DNA from: Candidatus Aenigmatarchaeota archaeon
Lineage (GTDB): Archaea; Aenigmatarchaeota; Aenigmatarchaeia; QMZP01; QMZT01
NCBI GenBank assembly: GCA_041489155.1
Contig: JBGPQP010000003.1
Coordinates: forward strand, 1 to 64,000
DNA: 64,000 nucleotides
Direction: 5' to 3'
Of this stretch, positions 38,346 through 48,378 are shown piece by piece (the first letter of the stretch is position 1; the number at the start of each line of letters is the position of its first letter). Position numbers and translations under genes: made by a program. The notes below the pieces were generated by a model. That model did no database searches. It saw only the letters and a program-made list of their open reading frames with translations, and was not told the origin of the DNA.

Positions 38346-38412
38346 ATCTAATCTATCGGTAGCTGTTTTATAAAATTTTGGTTTTTATGCGCCTTCGCCC
38401 AAAATAATTAAT

Positions 38413-39819
38413 ATGCGACGCGAGCATGAACATGCGCAGCAGCATAAGATGCATCCTGTGCATCACATTGCCGTCCACGGCGCGCGCGGCACCAGCGTGT
38501 GGAAGAGGCTCGTGTTTGTCATCGTCTGCGTGGCGCTTTCGGTTCTCGTGTCGTCTTATTTCCTCGGCTTTGGCACGCAGCAGCAGATTGTACTTGCCCT
38601 GACATTTTCCGCTCTTGTCATGTGGCTTTCCGAGCTCGTTCCGCTCCATGTCACTGCGTTGCTCATACCGTTCCTGCTCGTGATACTCGGCGGCTTCAAG
38701 CCGGCGGAGGCATTCTCGCCATTTTTCGATTCCATAATCGTTCTCGTGCTCGGCGGTTTCGCCATCGCTTTTGCGCTCAGCAAATACAAAGTCGACGAGT
38801 ATCTGGGCCACAAGCTCGTGCATCGCGGCTCCGGGCCGCGCATGGTTCTACTGAGCCTCATGGCTGTGACGGCGTTCCTTTCCATGTGGATGGCGAACTC
38901 AGCGGCGGCAGCATTGATGATGCCGATAGGCATCATCATACTCAAAGAAAACAAGATGCTTCCAGGCAAATCGAAATTCGGGAAATCGATGGTTCTGGGC
39001 ATAGGCTTTGCCGCGACCATCGGCGGCCTCGGCACGATGGTTGGCAGCACGCCGAACGTGCTCGTCGCGAAGTTCCTTACCCAGGCCGGCTACTCATTCG
39101 GCTTCATCGACTGGTCATACTACGGCCTGCCGATGATGATAGCGCTTATAATCTCCACTTTCACAATCCTCACCCTTCTGTTCAAGCCCGAGGTAAAGAA
39201 AATAAGCATAAAGGATGTTGAAAAGAAGCTCAACATCAACCAGAAAAAAGTCCTGGCCATATTCCTGATAACGGTCATACTCTGGATCACGAGCGAGCTG
39301 CATAAGATAGACATAGGCACAATCTCGCTCGTTCCCATATTCCTGCTGTACGCTTTCGGTTTGCTGAAGACCGAAGACTTCAAAAAATTGGACTGGCCGG
39401 CGCTGATACTGATAGGCGGAGGCATATCGCTCGGCTATGCCATGCACACTTCGGGTCTTGACGTGACAATGGCCAATGCGCTGAACACCATGATAACGGG
39501 CCAGCCGGCTATAATGATAGCCATCGTCATAATAACCTTCGGCGTCGCGCTGACGGCTTTCGCCAGCAATACCGCAGCCGCATCGGTAATGGTGCCGATG
39601 ATGATACCTCTGGCTGTCGTTACGGGCATCAATCCGAGAACACTCGCCTTCCTTGCAGGCGTCGGAGTTTCGCTGGATTTCATAATGCCCAGCGGCACGC
39701 CGCCCACGACAATCGCTTATTCCACAAGCTACGTAAAATTGAAGGAGCTTGTGAAAGCCGGACTGCTCGTGTCGGCCGCAGCGATAGCGATATGCACGGC
39801 TATTGCTGTCGCTATCTGA
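38413..39819 (+). CDS. DASS/SLC13 family anion:sodium symporter
   Basis: LSMWMANS, GSTPN, ASNTAAA, GTPP; His-rich N-terminus. Confidence 0.9.
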   Translation: MRREHEHAQQHKMHPVHHIAVHGARGTSVWKRLVFVIVCVALSVLVSSYFLGFGTQQQIVLALTFSALVMWLSELVPLHVTALLIPFLLVILGGFKPAEAFSPFFDSIIVLVLGGFAIAFALSKYKVDEYLGHKLVHRGSGPRMVLLSLMAVTAFLSMWMANSAAAALMMPIGIIILKENKMLPGKSKFGKSMVLGIGFAATIGGLGTMVGSTPNVLVAKFLTQAGYSFGFIDWSYYGLPMMIALIISTFTILTLLFKPEVKKISIKDVEKKLNINQKKVLAIFLITVILWITSELHKIDIGTISLVPIFLLYAFGLLKTEDFKKLDWPALILIGGGISLGYAMHTSGLDVTMANALNTMITGQPAIMIAIVIITFGVALTAFASNTAAASVMVPMMIPLAVVTGINPRTLAFLAGVGVSLDFIMPSGTPPTTIAYSTSYVKLKELVKAGLLVSAAAIAICTAIAVAI

Positions 39820-39838
39820 AGCAATTGCGGCATATCAT

Positions 39839-39858
39839 GCTGAAGCCGGAGCTTCAGC
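39839..39858. terminator. Perfect 8-bp hairpin between convergent genes
   Basis: GCTGAAGC-CGGA-GCTTCAGC. Confidence 0.4.
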
Positions 39859-39923
39859 TAAGTTTGTCCGACCCAAATAACCCAAAAAATCGGGCTAAGT
39901 GTCTTGCAATTCCCGTCTTCTAC

Positions 39924-40100
39924 TTAGAATCTCTTCTTCTTGGCGAAGCAATCTCTGCAGAAAACCGGCCTGCCCTCTGTGGGCTTGAACGGGACTTCAC
40001 ATTCTTTTCCGCACTCAGAACAAACTGCCTTGTGCATCTCTCTTGGTCTGAAGTCTCTTCTTTCCGATCTTTCTCCGAAATGCCTTTCTCTAAATGACAT
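39924..40100 (-). CDS. CxxC-x17-CxxC zinc-ribbon protein, 58 aa (not in ORF track)
   Basis: Hand translation ...PREMHKAVCSECGKECEVPFKPTEGRPVFCRDCF; GGAG upstream. Confidence 0.92.
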   Translation of the reverse strand: MSFRERHFGERSERRDFRPREMHKAVCSECGKECEVPFKPTEGRPVFCRDCFAKKKRF

Positions 40101-40200
40101 CCTATCTTACTCCTGTTTATATTTAATTCATTATTTTGCCTAGCTGATTTAAATACGTTTATGTCTGAAATATGCGCCTGCCGGTGCAGCTTTATTAAAG

Positions 40201-40953
40201 TCAGAACTTCTTCTTCGCGTAGTTGACCGCGTTCCTGAAAATCGCCAAGCCGTCGCCTTCCTCGGGCAGATTCGCGGTCCTCGTCCAGTACGGATGCATG
40301 TATTTCGTGACGAATTTCTCTGGGTGCGGCATTAGTCCGAACACGTTGCCTTCCGTGTTGCAGATGCCGGCGATGTCGTTCATCGAGCCGTTCGGGTTGT
40401 CTTTGTATCTAAAGACGACCTGATCATTTTCCTCGAGCTTGCGTATTGTTTCAGGCGGCGCGACGAACTTGCCCTCGCCGTGGTTTACGGGCACGAATAT
40501 TTCGCTTTTCATGCCTTTGGTGAAAACGCACCGCCCCTTGTTTACGTGCTTCAGCGTCACCCACCTGTCTATGAAATAGCCGGAATCATTCACAGCGAGG
40601 GTCACCTCCTGCTTCCCGAAGCCTGCGAACGCGGGCAGAAGGCCCGCCTTGACTATCGCCTGGAAACCGTTGCATATGCCCATGACGAGCTTGCCGCCCT
40701 CTATGAATTTCACCATGTCTCTGCTCAACTTGTATCTTATCATGTTCGCGAGAATCTTCCCTGACGCAACGTCGTCGCCGTGCGCGAAGCCGCCTGGTAT
40801 TGCGAGAATCTGGAAGTCCTCCAGAGAGACTCGGCCCTTTATTATTTCATTTATATGCGCGAGCGAGACCTGCGAGCCGACGAGTTCGAAAGCATGCATC
40901 GTCTCCTCGTCGCAGTTCGTCCCGTCCACGCGCAGCACCAAAGTTCTGACCAT
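40201..40953 (-). CDS. purQ: FGAM synthase glutaminase subunit
   Basis: GTNCD, PGGF, GICNGFQ, HGEG, NPNGS, MPHPE. Confidence 0.96.
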   Translation of the reverse strand: MVRTLVLRVDGTNCDEETMHAFELVGSQVSLAHINEIIKGRVSLEDFQILAIPGGFAHGDDVASGKILANMIRYKLSRDMVKFIEGGKLVMGICNGFQAIVKAGLLPAFAGFGKQEVTLAVNDSGYFIDRWVTLKHVNKGRCVFTKGMKSEIFVPVNHGEGKFVAPPETIRKLEENDQVVFRYKDNPNGSMNDIAGICNTEGNVFGLMPHPEKFVTKYMHPYWTRTANLPEEGDGLAIFRNAVNYAKKKF

Positions 40954-40963
40954 TTTTTCACCA

Positions 40964-43318
40964 TCACCAGTCGAAAGTCGATTTCCATGCCCCTTTCAGG
41001 CCGTCGATTTTTTCGTTCACGATTTCTTTCCCGCCGAGGCCGGTGACCATTAATTTCTTGTCGCCCGTCACCTCGCCGATTTTTGCGAATTTGCAGCCGG
41101 ACATGATCTTCTCGAAAGCCTTTTCCTCCGCTTTCTCGACTTCAACAATGAAACGTGAATTGCTCTCCGCGAAGAGAAGCTTGTAGTTCTTTTTGACGCC
41201 GTTTTGAGGGACGCTTCTTAGGTCGATGCTCATGCCCAGATCGCCTGCGAAGCACATCTCCGCGGCAGCGATTGCAAGCCCGCCCTCCGAGCAGTCGTGG
41301 CATGCGCGGACGAGACGCATGTCCATCGCCTTTGTCAGCGAAGCCATCGCTGTCCTTGCAGCCGGCAACTCGACTCCGGGTATCTCGCCGCCTTTCAGCG
41401 CCTTGATCATGTGGTAATGCGAACCGCCCATCTCGTCTTTCGTTTCGCCTATCAGATAAATTGGATTTCCCTCTTCCTTAAGATCCATCGTCACGGCTTT
41501 CCTCACGTCAGGCATTATCCCCACGGCGGTCACGACGAGGGTGTAGGGTATCGAAATGGTCTCCTTCCCGCCTATGCTGTATTCGTTGTAGAGGGAATCC
41601 TTGCCGGATATGAACGGCGCCTGGAAGCCCATCGATCCGTCGTAGCAAGCCTTCACTGCCTCGACCAGTGCGCCGAGCCTGTCAGCCTTCTCCGGGTTGC
41701 CCCAGGAGAAATTGTCGAGCAGCGCTATTCGCCGCCCGCCGCAGCAGACGTTGTTCCTGATGGCCTCGTCTATCGCGGAGAGCGCCATGTTGTAAGGGTT
41801 GCCAGAGAAGCGCGGATTGTAACCATTCGAAACGACGACTCCGTCCCATTTGCCGTAAACAGGCCTGAGCACGCAAGCGTCTCCAGGCCCGCCAAAGCCA
41901 TGCAGCGGCTTTATCGCCATCTTCGCCTGCACCTCGTGGTCATACTGGCGGATGATCCATTCCTTGCTGGCGACGGTCGGCGAGGCGAGTATCTTCTTCA
42001 GGGCATCACCGAAATTTTCCTCGTCCAGGATGTCGGAGTCTTTTCCCGAAACGAATTTTAATTCAGCCTTTCTGGAAACTTTCGGGATTCCATCATGCAG
42101 AAATTCCATCTCTATTTCAGCGATTTTTTCTCCTTCGAAAGTGAGCGTGAGTTTTTTGTCGCCCGTGAATTCTCCTATAACAGTCGCTTCGGTATTCTCG
42201 TTCCTGAAAATTTCCAGAACTTCGTTAACATTCGCTTCCGGTACAGCAAGCAACATCCTTTCCTGCGCCTCTGAAACCCAGATTTCCCATGGCTCGAGGC
42301 CCTCGTATTTCAGCGGGACTTTTTCAAGCCAGACTTTCACGCCGGTTTTCTTGCCCATTTCTCCCACCGCCGATGAAAGCCCGCCGCCGCCGCAGTCAGT
42401 CACTGCCGAATAAAGCGGCCTGCTGCCCTTGTCCCTCGCCCCTATCAGGCCGTCGAGAACGCGTTTCTCTTCGATTGCGTTGCCTATCTGCACTGCGCCG
42501 CTCGACGTCTTCTCCGACTCTGTGGACAGCTCTAGCGAGGCAAAGGTAACGCCGTGTATGCCGTCGCGGCCTGTTCTTCCTCCGGCAAGCACTATCTTAT
42601 CACCCGGTTTGGGATCGTGCACGTACCTGTCCTTTGGCATTATGCCAAGGCAGCCCGCGTATACCAGAGGATTGCCGATGTAGCCTTCATGAAAGCCGAA
42701 GCCGCCATTCGCCGTCGGAATGCCCATCCTGTTGCCGTAGTCGCGGATGCCTGCGACGACGCCTTTCATCAGGCGCTTCGGATGGAGAACGCCCTTCGGA
42801 AGTTTGCTGTGGGGATAGTCGGGCGGGGCGAAAAACAAAACGTCCGTCGAAAGTATCGGCTTCGCCCCCACGCCCATCACATCGCGGAATACGCCGCCAG
42901 ACCCGGTTCCTGCGCCGCCGTACGGGTCGAGTGCGCTCGGATGGTTGTGCGTCTCTACCTTGACGGCGATGTTGTGTTCGCCATCGAAGGTCACGATGCC
43001 CGCGTTGTCCTCGAAAACATGCACGCACCAAGGCAGCGCGAGTTCTTTAGTCGCCCTGATTATGTAGGATTTCAGGAGGCTTTCTATATTCTGCCCTTTG
43101 TATTCGATGCTCCCGCGGAAAGTCTTGTGCACGCAGTGCTCGGACCAGGTCTGCGCGAAGGTTTCGAGCTCCGCGTCGGTGGGGTTGCGTCCGAGTTTTG
43201 TGTAATAGTCCTGTATTTTTTTCATCTCTTCTGCGTTGAGCGCGAGCATGAACTTCCGCGAAATGCCTACAAGTTCCTTTTCATTCTTCCCAAGTATTAC
43301 GATTTCCCCAGCTTTCAT
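40964..43318 (-). CDS. purL: FGAM synthase synthetase subunit
   Basis: QTWSEHC, ETHNHPS, TGRDGIHG, ISGKDS, HDCSEGG. Confidence 0.96.
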   Translation of the reverse strand: MKAGEIVILGKNEKELVGISRKFMLALNAEEMKKIQDYYTKLGRNPTDAELETFAQTWSEHCVHKTFRGSIEYKGQNIESLLKSYIIRATKELALPWCVHVFEDNAGIVTFDGEHNIAVKVETHNHPSALDPYGGAGTGSGGVFRDVMGVGAKPILSTDVLFFAPPDYPHSKLPKGVLHPKRLMKGVVAGIRDYGNRMGIPTANGGFGFHEGYIGNPLVYAGCLGIMPKDRYVHDPKPGDKIVLAGGRTGRDGIHGVTFASLELSTESEKTSSGAVQIGNAIEEKRVLDGLIGARDKGSRPLYSAVTDCGGGGLSSAVGEMGKKTGVKVWLEKVPLKYEGLEPWEIWVSEAQERMLLAVPEANVNEVLEIFRNENTEATVIGEFTGDKKLTLTFEGEKIAEIEMEFLHDGIPKVSRKAELKFVSGKDSDILDEENFGDALKKILASPTVASKEWIIRQYDHEVQAKMAIKPLHGFGGPGDACVLRPVYGKWDGVVVSNGYNPRFSGNPYNMALSAIDEAIRNNVCCGGRRIALLDNFSWGNPEKADRLGALVEAVKACYDGSMGFQAPFISGKDSLYNEYSIGGKETISIPYTLVVTAVGIMPDVRKAVTMDLKEEGNPIYLIGETKDEMGGSHYHMIKALKGGEIPGVELPAARTAMASLTKAMDMRLVRACHDCSEGGLAIAAAEMCFAGDLGMSIDLRSVPQNGVKKNYKLLFAESNSRFIVEVEKAEEKAFEKIMSGCKFAKIGEVTGDKKLMVTGLGGKEIVNEKIDGLKGAWKSTFDW

Positions 43319-43319
43319 T

Positions 43320-43802
43320 TCACAGCCTCTTGTAATTGTAAGTCTGTATCAGCCTGTTAGCAAGGCATTTTTCGCATATGTTTTTGATTTCCTTTTCCGT
43401 CAGGCTGCCGCTTATAACGTAAGTAGTTCCGGTCCTGACTTTCGCTCCATTTATGCCCATGACTTCTATCGCCTTCGCCACCGAAAGGCCGACGACATCC
43501 ATGACGCCCGGCCTGAAAAACACTTCCACAACCCAGACGCCCCGCTTTTTTACGAGATTTTTCAGGTGTTTGCCGTCGAAGGCTGAGAAATTGAAATACT
43601 GTATTATGCTGTCCGCGAGAAGTTCCCTGCCTGCTTTTTCGATGTCTTCTCTGTTCACATCGCCTTCTATCACGTAAGTCTGCAGCGTTTTTACTTCGCT
43701 GACCTTGGAAATTCCAAGGCCGATGATGTCGGCTTTCGTGTTCTCCCCAAGCGGATCCCTGTAACCGTCCTTGTAGCCCACTCCAGCAACCCACATAAGC
43801 AT
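43320..43802 (-). CDS. purS: PurS-like subunit with two tandem PurS domains
   Basis: DPLG...LLADSIIQ and PGVMD...LANRLIQ halves; directly upstream of purL. Confidence 0.8.
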   Translation of the reverse strand: MLMWVAGVGYKDGYRDPLGENTKADIIGLGISKVSEVKTLQTYVIEGDVNREDIEKAGRELLADSIIQYFNFSAFDGKHLKNLVKKRGVWVVEVFFRPGVMDVVGLSVAKAIEVMGINGAKVRTGTTYVISGSLTEKEIKNICEKCLANRLIQTYNYKRL

Positions 43803-43936
43803 CAATACATTAACTATGCCCGACTGTTATAAAAATCTGAGTTTTCCGCTGCATGTCAGCGGTTTTTTCAGAAAATAGTTCGGGTTCCGTACGATAAAAT
43901 TATAAAGCCTTCCGACACCATAATATTCTAATAATT

Positions 43937-44515
43937 ATGTCCGGCTTCATGAAGCACATACTGAGAAGGGAGATGCTTTCCCAGAGAAACAAGCAGAAAG
44001 GAGAGGTGAAACTGGAAAAGGACGCCATGATAAAAGAGAAACTCCTCTCGCTTAACGAATACAAGAAATCAAAGATAATCCTTTTCTATGTGTCTATAAG
44101 GGGCGAAGTCAAAACCGAAGACATGCTGTCCCAGGCCCTCAGGGAAGGCAAAAGGGTTCTGGTTCCGTTCGTTAACGTGAAGAAAAAACTGATGTTGATT
44201 TCAGAGATACACGACCTTAACGAGCTTTCGCCGGGAGCGTTTGGCATACCTGTCCCCACGCATCCCAAGAAATTCCCCCTTGACAAGATAGACCTTATGG
44301 TAGTCCCCGGCATAGCCTTTGACAGGAAGGGCAACAGGGTCGGCTACGGGACGGGCTTCTACGACAGATTCCTCAAGAGGCTCAAGAGGAATGTGCCCGT
44401 CATCGCGCTGGCTTACGACTTCCAGATAGTCCCGAAGATAATGCCCGACAAATACGACGTCAGGATCCACAAGATAGTCACCGAGAACGAAGTCATCAGC
44501 TGCAGGAAAAGGTAA
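43937..44515 (+). CDS. 5-formyltetrahydrofolate cyclo-ligase
   Basis: VVPGIAFD..GNRVGYGTGFYDR. Confidence 0.93.
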   Translation: MSGFMKHILRREMLSQRNKQKGEVKLEKDAMIKEKLLSLNEYKKSKIILFYVSIRGEVKTEDMLSQALREGKRVLVPFVNVKKKLMLISEIHDLNELSPGAFGIPVPTHPKKFPLDKIDLMVVPGIAFDRKGNRVGYGTGFYDRFLKRLKRNVPVIALAYDFQIVPKIMPDKYDVRIHKIVTENEVISCRKR

Positions 44516-44518
44516 CTT

Positions 44519-45823
44519 CTATTTTTTCAGGTCAACGTTTTCATTGAACTCGCGACCCATTCTTGCTTTCTTCCTGAACCATATCTCTCTCGCTTCCGCG
44601 ACCGTGAAGAGCGAGCCGGTGACAAGAATCAGATCGTTTTTTCCCGCAAGCTGCATCGCCTTCCTCACAGCGTCCTTCACGTCGTAGATAACGAGAAAGT
44701 CCTTGCCTTGTTTTTTCACTTCCTTCGCAAGTTCGCAGGGATCCGCTCCTCTCCCCAGCACCTTGTGCTTCGTGAGAATGAAAAAGTCTGTCTTTCTGCC
44801 CGTCTCATGAAGCATTTTTGGTATGAGCTTGTCTTCTGACGCGCTGAAGACTGTGTAAAGTTTCCTGTATTTTATCAGGTCGAGCGAGTTCATAAGATGT
44901 CTCATGGAATCGGAATCCTTCGCCCCGTCGAGCAGGATTTTCTTTCCCCTTCCAACCATTTCGAACCTTCCCGGCCATTTCACTTTTTCAAGACCTTTCT
45001 TTATCGCTTCATTTGGAATCTCTTCTTTCATCGAATTCAAAGCGGTAAGAGCGCAGGCGATATTCTTCAGCTGGTATGTGCCTGCAAGGGGAACGAAGAT
45101 TTTCATGCCCCTGAATTTAATCTCGTTGCCGCGCAGAAATGATTTCGCGCCTCTAAGCCTTTTCGCGCGCACGAATTTCGCTTTCCTGTCCTTGCATATT
45201 TTCCTGAGGACGGCGATGGCGTCGGGATTCTCGGCTCCGGTGACCAGAACTCCTCCTTCGTTCAATATGCCTGCTTTCTCCCTCGTTATTTTTTCCACAG
45301 TGTCACCGAGTATCCTGATGTGCTCCAAAGAGACGTTAGTTATTATTGAAACCTCCGGCTTGACTGTGTTCGTCGCATCCAGCCTTCCGCCGAGCCCTAC
45401 CTCAAGGACGGCGATGTCGATTTTTTTCTCCCTGAAATATTCGAACGCCATCGCTGTCACGAATTCGAAGAAAGTCGGGCATTCAAAATCCCTGCTCACA
45501 TCGTCTGCGAAGGGTTTGATTTTTTCAACGAGCCTTATGAAATCGCTTTCCGGAATCATCTGCCTGTTAACCTTGATACGTTCCCTGAAATCGAAAAGGT
45601 GAGGTTTTGTGAAAACGCCCGTCCTGTAACCCGCTTCCTTCAGAACCGAGCCTATCATTACAGTCGTAGAGCCCTTGCCACTCGTCCCGCCGACAAGGAC
45701 TGAGCGGAAGCTGTCCTGCGGGTTGCCGAGGAGTTCTAGAAGTTTTTGTATTCGCTCCAGGCCAAGCTTTATGCCGAACCTGTTCAGTTTCTGGATGTAG
45801 TCGGTCGCCTCTATATAATTCAT
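44519..45823 (-). CDS. folC: Folylpolyglutamate/dihydrofolate synthase
   Basis: GTSGKGST, RERI, LEVGLGGRLDATN, WPGRFE, TGSL. Confidence 0.93.
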   Translation of the reverse strand: MNYIEATDYIQKLNRFGIKLGLERIQKLLELLGNPQDSFRSVLVGGTSGKGSTTVMIGSVLKEAGYRTGVFTKPHLFDFRERIKVNRQMIPESDFIRLVEKIKPFADDVSRDFECPTFFEFVTAMAFEYFREKKIDIAVLEVGLGGRLDATNTVKPEVSIITNVSLEHIRILGDTVEKITREKAGILNEGGVLVTGAENPDAIAVLRKICKDRKAKFVRAKRLRGAKSFLRGNEIKFRGMKIFVPLAGTYQLKNIACALTALNSMKEEIPNEAIKKGLEKVKWPGRFEMVGRGKKILLDGAKDSDSMRHLMNSLDLIKYRKLYTVFSASEDKLIPKMLHETGRKTDFFILTKHKVLGRGADPCELAKEVKKQGKDFLVIYDVKDAVRKAMQLAGKNDLILVTGSLFTVAEAREIWFRKKARMGREFNENVDLKK

Positions 45824-45848
45824 AAAAGAAATAATTGCTCTCCGCTTT

Positions 45849-47411
45849 TTAATGCTTGAACATGCGCCTGCCGGTGAAGATCATCGCAACGCCTGCGCTG
45901 TTGCATGCCTCTATAACTTCCTTATCCTTGACTGAGCCGCCCGGTTGGATTATGAAGCGAAGCCCGTTTTTTGCTGCTTCCTCTATCGAGTCCGGAAACG
46001 GGAAAAACGAATCGCTGGCAAGGACGCATTTCGAAATTTCGCTTTCGCTTAGTTTCATGCTACTCAGGTTTTCTTTCGCCTTTTCCACCGCTATTTTCAA
46101 CGAAGTCACGCGGTTAGGCTGGCCCGCGCCCATACCGATTATGTGATACAAGCCGTGCCTGTATTCGCGCGCAATCACGACTGCGTTCGACTTCGTGTGC
46201 TTGCATGCGAGGCAGGCGAAGAGCGCGATATCCTTTTTGGCGTCTGGGAACCCGCTTTTCGTCACGGTCTTGAACTCGCTTTTACCCGCGTAGCCGATGT
46301 CGCTTTCCTGTTCGAGGACCGCTGCCTTCAGGAACCTGTAATTTTTCCCGCTCTGGGAGAAATCTCCGAGTTCGATGAGCCTCAGGTTCTTTTTTGCGTC
46401 CAGAATCTTGATGGCGTCGGCATCAAATTCCGGCGCGATTATTACCTCGACAAATTTGTCCTTGAGGAATTCTGCCGCATCCTTGTCGACCGGTTTCGTA
46501 ACGGCGACCACGCCTCCGAACGCTGATATGGGGTCGCCTTTCCAGGCGTTTTCCAGTGCCTCCCTCGCGTTCTCGCCGGTGGCGTAACCGCACGGGTTGG
46601 TGTGTTTTATTATGGCGGCGCCTGTTCCGTCCATGAGATCTCCTGCAGCGTCGACCGCGCTCTGGGCGTCAAGGTAATTGTTGTAAGACATCTCCTTGCC
46701 CTGGAGCTGTTTGGCGCTGGCTAGCGAGATTCCCTTGCCCGCGAAAATCTTAGCCTTCTGATGCCAGTTCTCTCCGTATCGCAGCGGCCTGCCGCCCGTG
46801 AATTTCAGGCGCAGGACTTCTTCGCTTGCGAATTTCCTCGAAAGGAAGCTCTCTATGTCGCCGTCGTAATCTGCTGTCATGCTGAAAGCTTTCAGTGAAA
46901 GAAGCTCTCTCGTTTTCAGGTCGACGTCCTTCCTTCCGTTCAGCTGCTTCACTATCATTTCATAATCATTAGGATCGGTCACGACCACCACGTCCCTGTA
47001 ATTCTTCGCCGACGAGCGAATTAGGGCAGGGCCACCTATGTCGATATTCTCGATGATTTCCTCGAAAGACGCGCCGGCTTCAGCAGTCTTCCTGAACTGG
47101 TAAAGATTCACAACGACCATGTCTATAGGCGATATGCCATGCGCCTTCGCCTGCTCCATGTGCCTACTGTCATCTCTGCGTGCGAGAATGCCGCCGTGGA
47201 CTTTCGGATGCAGCGTCTTTACGCGGCCATCCATCATCTCGGGGAAGCCAGTGTGCTCCTCGATGAGTTTGACTTTGACTCCGTTCTCTTTCAGAATTTT
47301 CGCAGTGCCGCCGGTCGAAATTATCTCAACGCCGAACTTCTCAAGGGCCTTCGCGAAATCGACTATGCCCGTCTTGTCGGTTACAGAAATCAAGGCGCGC
47401 CTGATTCTCAT
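45849..47411 (-). CDS. purH: Bifunctional IMP cyclohydrolase / AICAR transformylase
   Basis: STGGT, GRVKTLHP, IDIGGP, LRYGEN, KHTNPCG, ASDSFFPF, QPGGS. Confidence 0.96.
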   Translation of the reverse strand: MRIRRALISVTDKTGIVDFAKALEKFGVEIISTGGTAKILKENGVKVKLIEEHTGFPEMMDGRVKTLHPKVHGGILARRDDSRHMEQAKAHGISPIDMVVVNLYQFRKTAEAGASFEEIIENIDIGGPALIRSSAKNYRDVVVVTDPNDYEMIVKQLNGRKDVDLKTRELLSLKAFSMTADYDGDIESFLSRKFASEEVLRLKFTGGRPLRYGENWHQKAKIFAGKGISLASAKQLQGKEMSYNNYLDAQSAVDAAGDLMDGTGAAIIKHTNPCGYATGENAREALENAWKGDPISAFGGVVAVTKPVDKDAAEFLKDKFVEVIIAPEFDADAIKILDAKKNLRLIELGDFSQSGKNYRFLKAAVLEQESDIGYAGKSEFKTVTKSGFPDAKKDIALFACLACKHTKSNAVVIAREYRHGLYHIIGMGAGQPNRVTSLKIAVEKAKENLSSMKLSESEISKCVLASDSFFPFPDSIEEAAKNGLRFIIQPGGSVKDKEVIEACNSAGVAMIFTGRRMFKH

Positions 47412-48022
47412 GTGAGTACCCTCACCTTGTTGCCCTCTACCTTGAGCTTGCCGGAAGAGAAAAGCTTTATTGCTTCAAGAATTACATCCTGCTCTGCCTT
47501 CTGCACTTTCGCTTTCAGCGTTTCGGCTGTCTCGTTTTCGTCGACAGCGACTGGCCTCTGCATTATTATCGGTCCCCTGTCCACGTCCGGCGTGACGAAG
47601 TGCAGCGTGCAGCCTGTGACCTTCAGGCCCAAGTTGAGCACTTCCTCATGGACGTTTATGTCCCTGCCGCCTGAAAACAAAGGCAGCAGCGACGGGTGGA
47701 TATTCATTATTTTGTTATCGTAATGCTTGCAGAACCACGGCGAAAGGACTTTCATGAAGCCTATGAGCAGAATAAGGTCAACGCCTCTCTTGTCGAGTTC
47801 GTGCGCAGCAGCCTTGTCGAACAGCACCTGCTTGCCTCCCTCGTACTCGAGGAATATCGCGTCAATGCCGTGCGATCTCGCCCTTTCAAGAATCGGCGCG
47901 TCCTCCTTGTTCGAGACGACGCAGACAATCTGCGCGTCCAACTGCCTCTTTTCGATCGCGTCTATAATCGCCTGCATGTCCGTTCCTTTTGTCGAACCCA
48001 GTACGCCAAGTTTTATCGTCAT
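47408..48022 (-). CDS. purN: GAR transformylase (folate-dependent)
   Basis: NIHPSLLP, GCTLHFV, DRGPII. Confidence 0.93.
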   Translation of the reverse strand: MTIKLGVLGSTKGTDMQAIIDAIEKRQLDAQIVCVVSNKEDAPILERARSHGIDAIFLEYEGGKQVLFDKAAAHELDKRGVDLILLIGFMKVLSPWFCKHYDNKIMNIHPSLLPLFSGGRDINVHEEVLNLGLKVTGCTLHFVTPDVDRGPIIMQRPVAVDENETAETLKAKVQKAEQDVILEAIKLFSSGKLKVEGNKVRVLT

Positions 48023-48111
48023 CACACACCACCCACCTACCAAATTAGTATGATATATAATCCAAATTGTTTTTGTCTTTTAAAAATTAAATTCTATAAA
48101 ATCCTGAGAAA

Positions 48112-48336
48112 TTATAACTGTACCTTTAGCCCAGCTTGTCTATTGTTCATCTTTTCAATGATAGCTTTAATAGCAGGTTCATATGAGCCCGAGATAGTGA
48201 GTGTGGCTTCTCGTTCGTCAATCCCCATGTATGGCGGACAACAATTCCTTCTTAAGTAATTTGACTTGATCATATCTCTTGCGACGTATAATTGGCCTAT
48301 GTACCTTTTTGAGTTGACAGCGAGCTTAAAACTCAT
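48112..48336 (-). CDS. AT-rich orphan protein, 74 aa
   Basis: ORF fills an AT-rich gap; TATTTAAATA box about 25 nt upstream. Confidence 0.5.
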   Translation of the reverse strand: MSFKLAVNSKRYIGQLYVARDMIKSNYLRRNCCPPYMGIDEREATLTISGSYEPAIKAIIEKMNNRQAGLKVQL

Positions 48337-48378
48337 CTTAACTTAAAGGTAGTTAAATTATTTAAATATTGCGTACAG

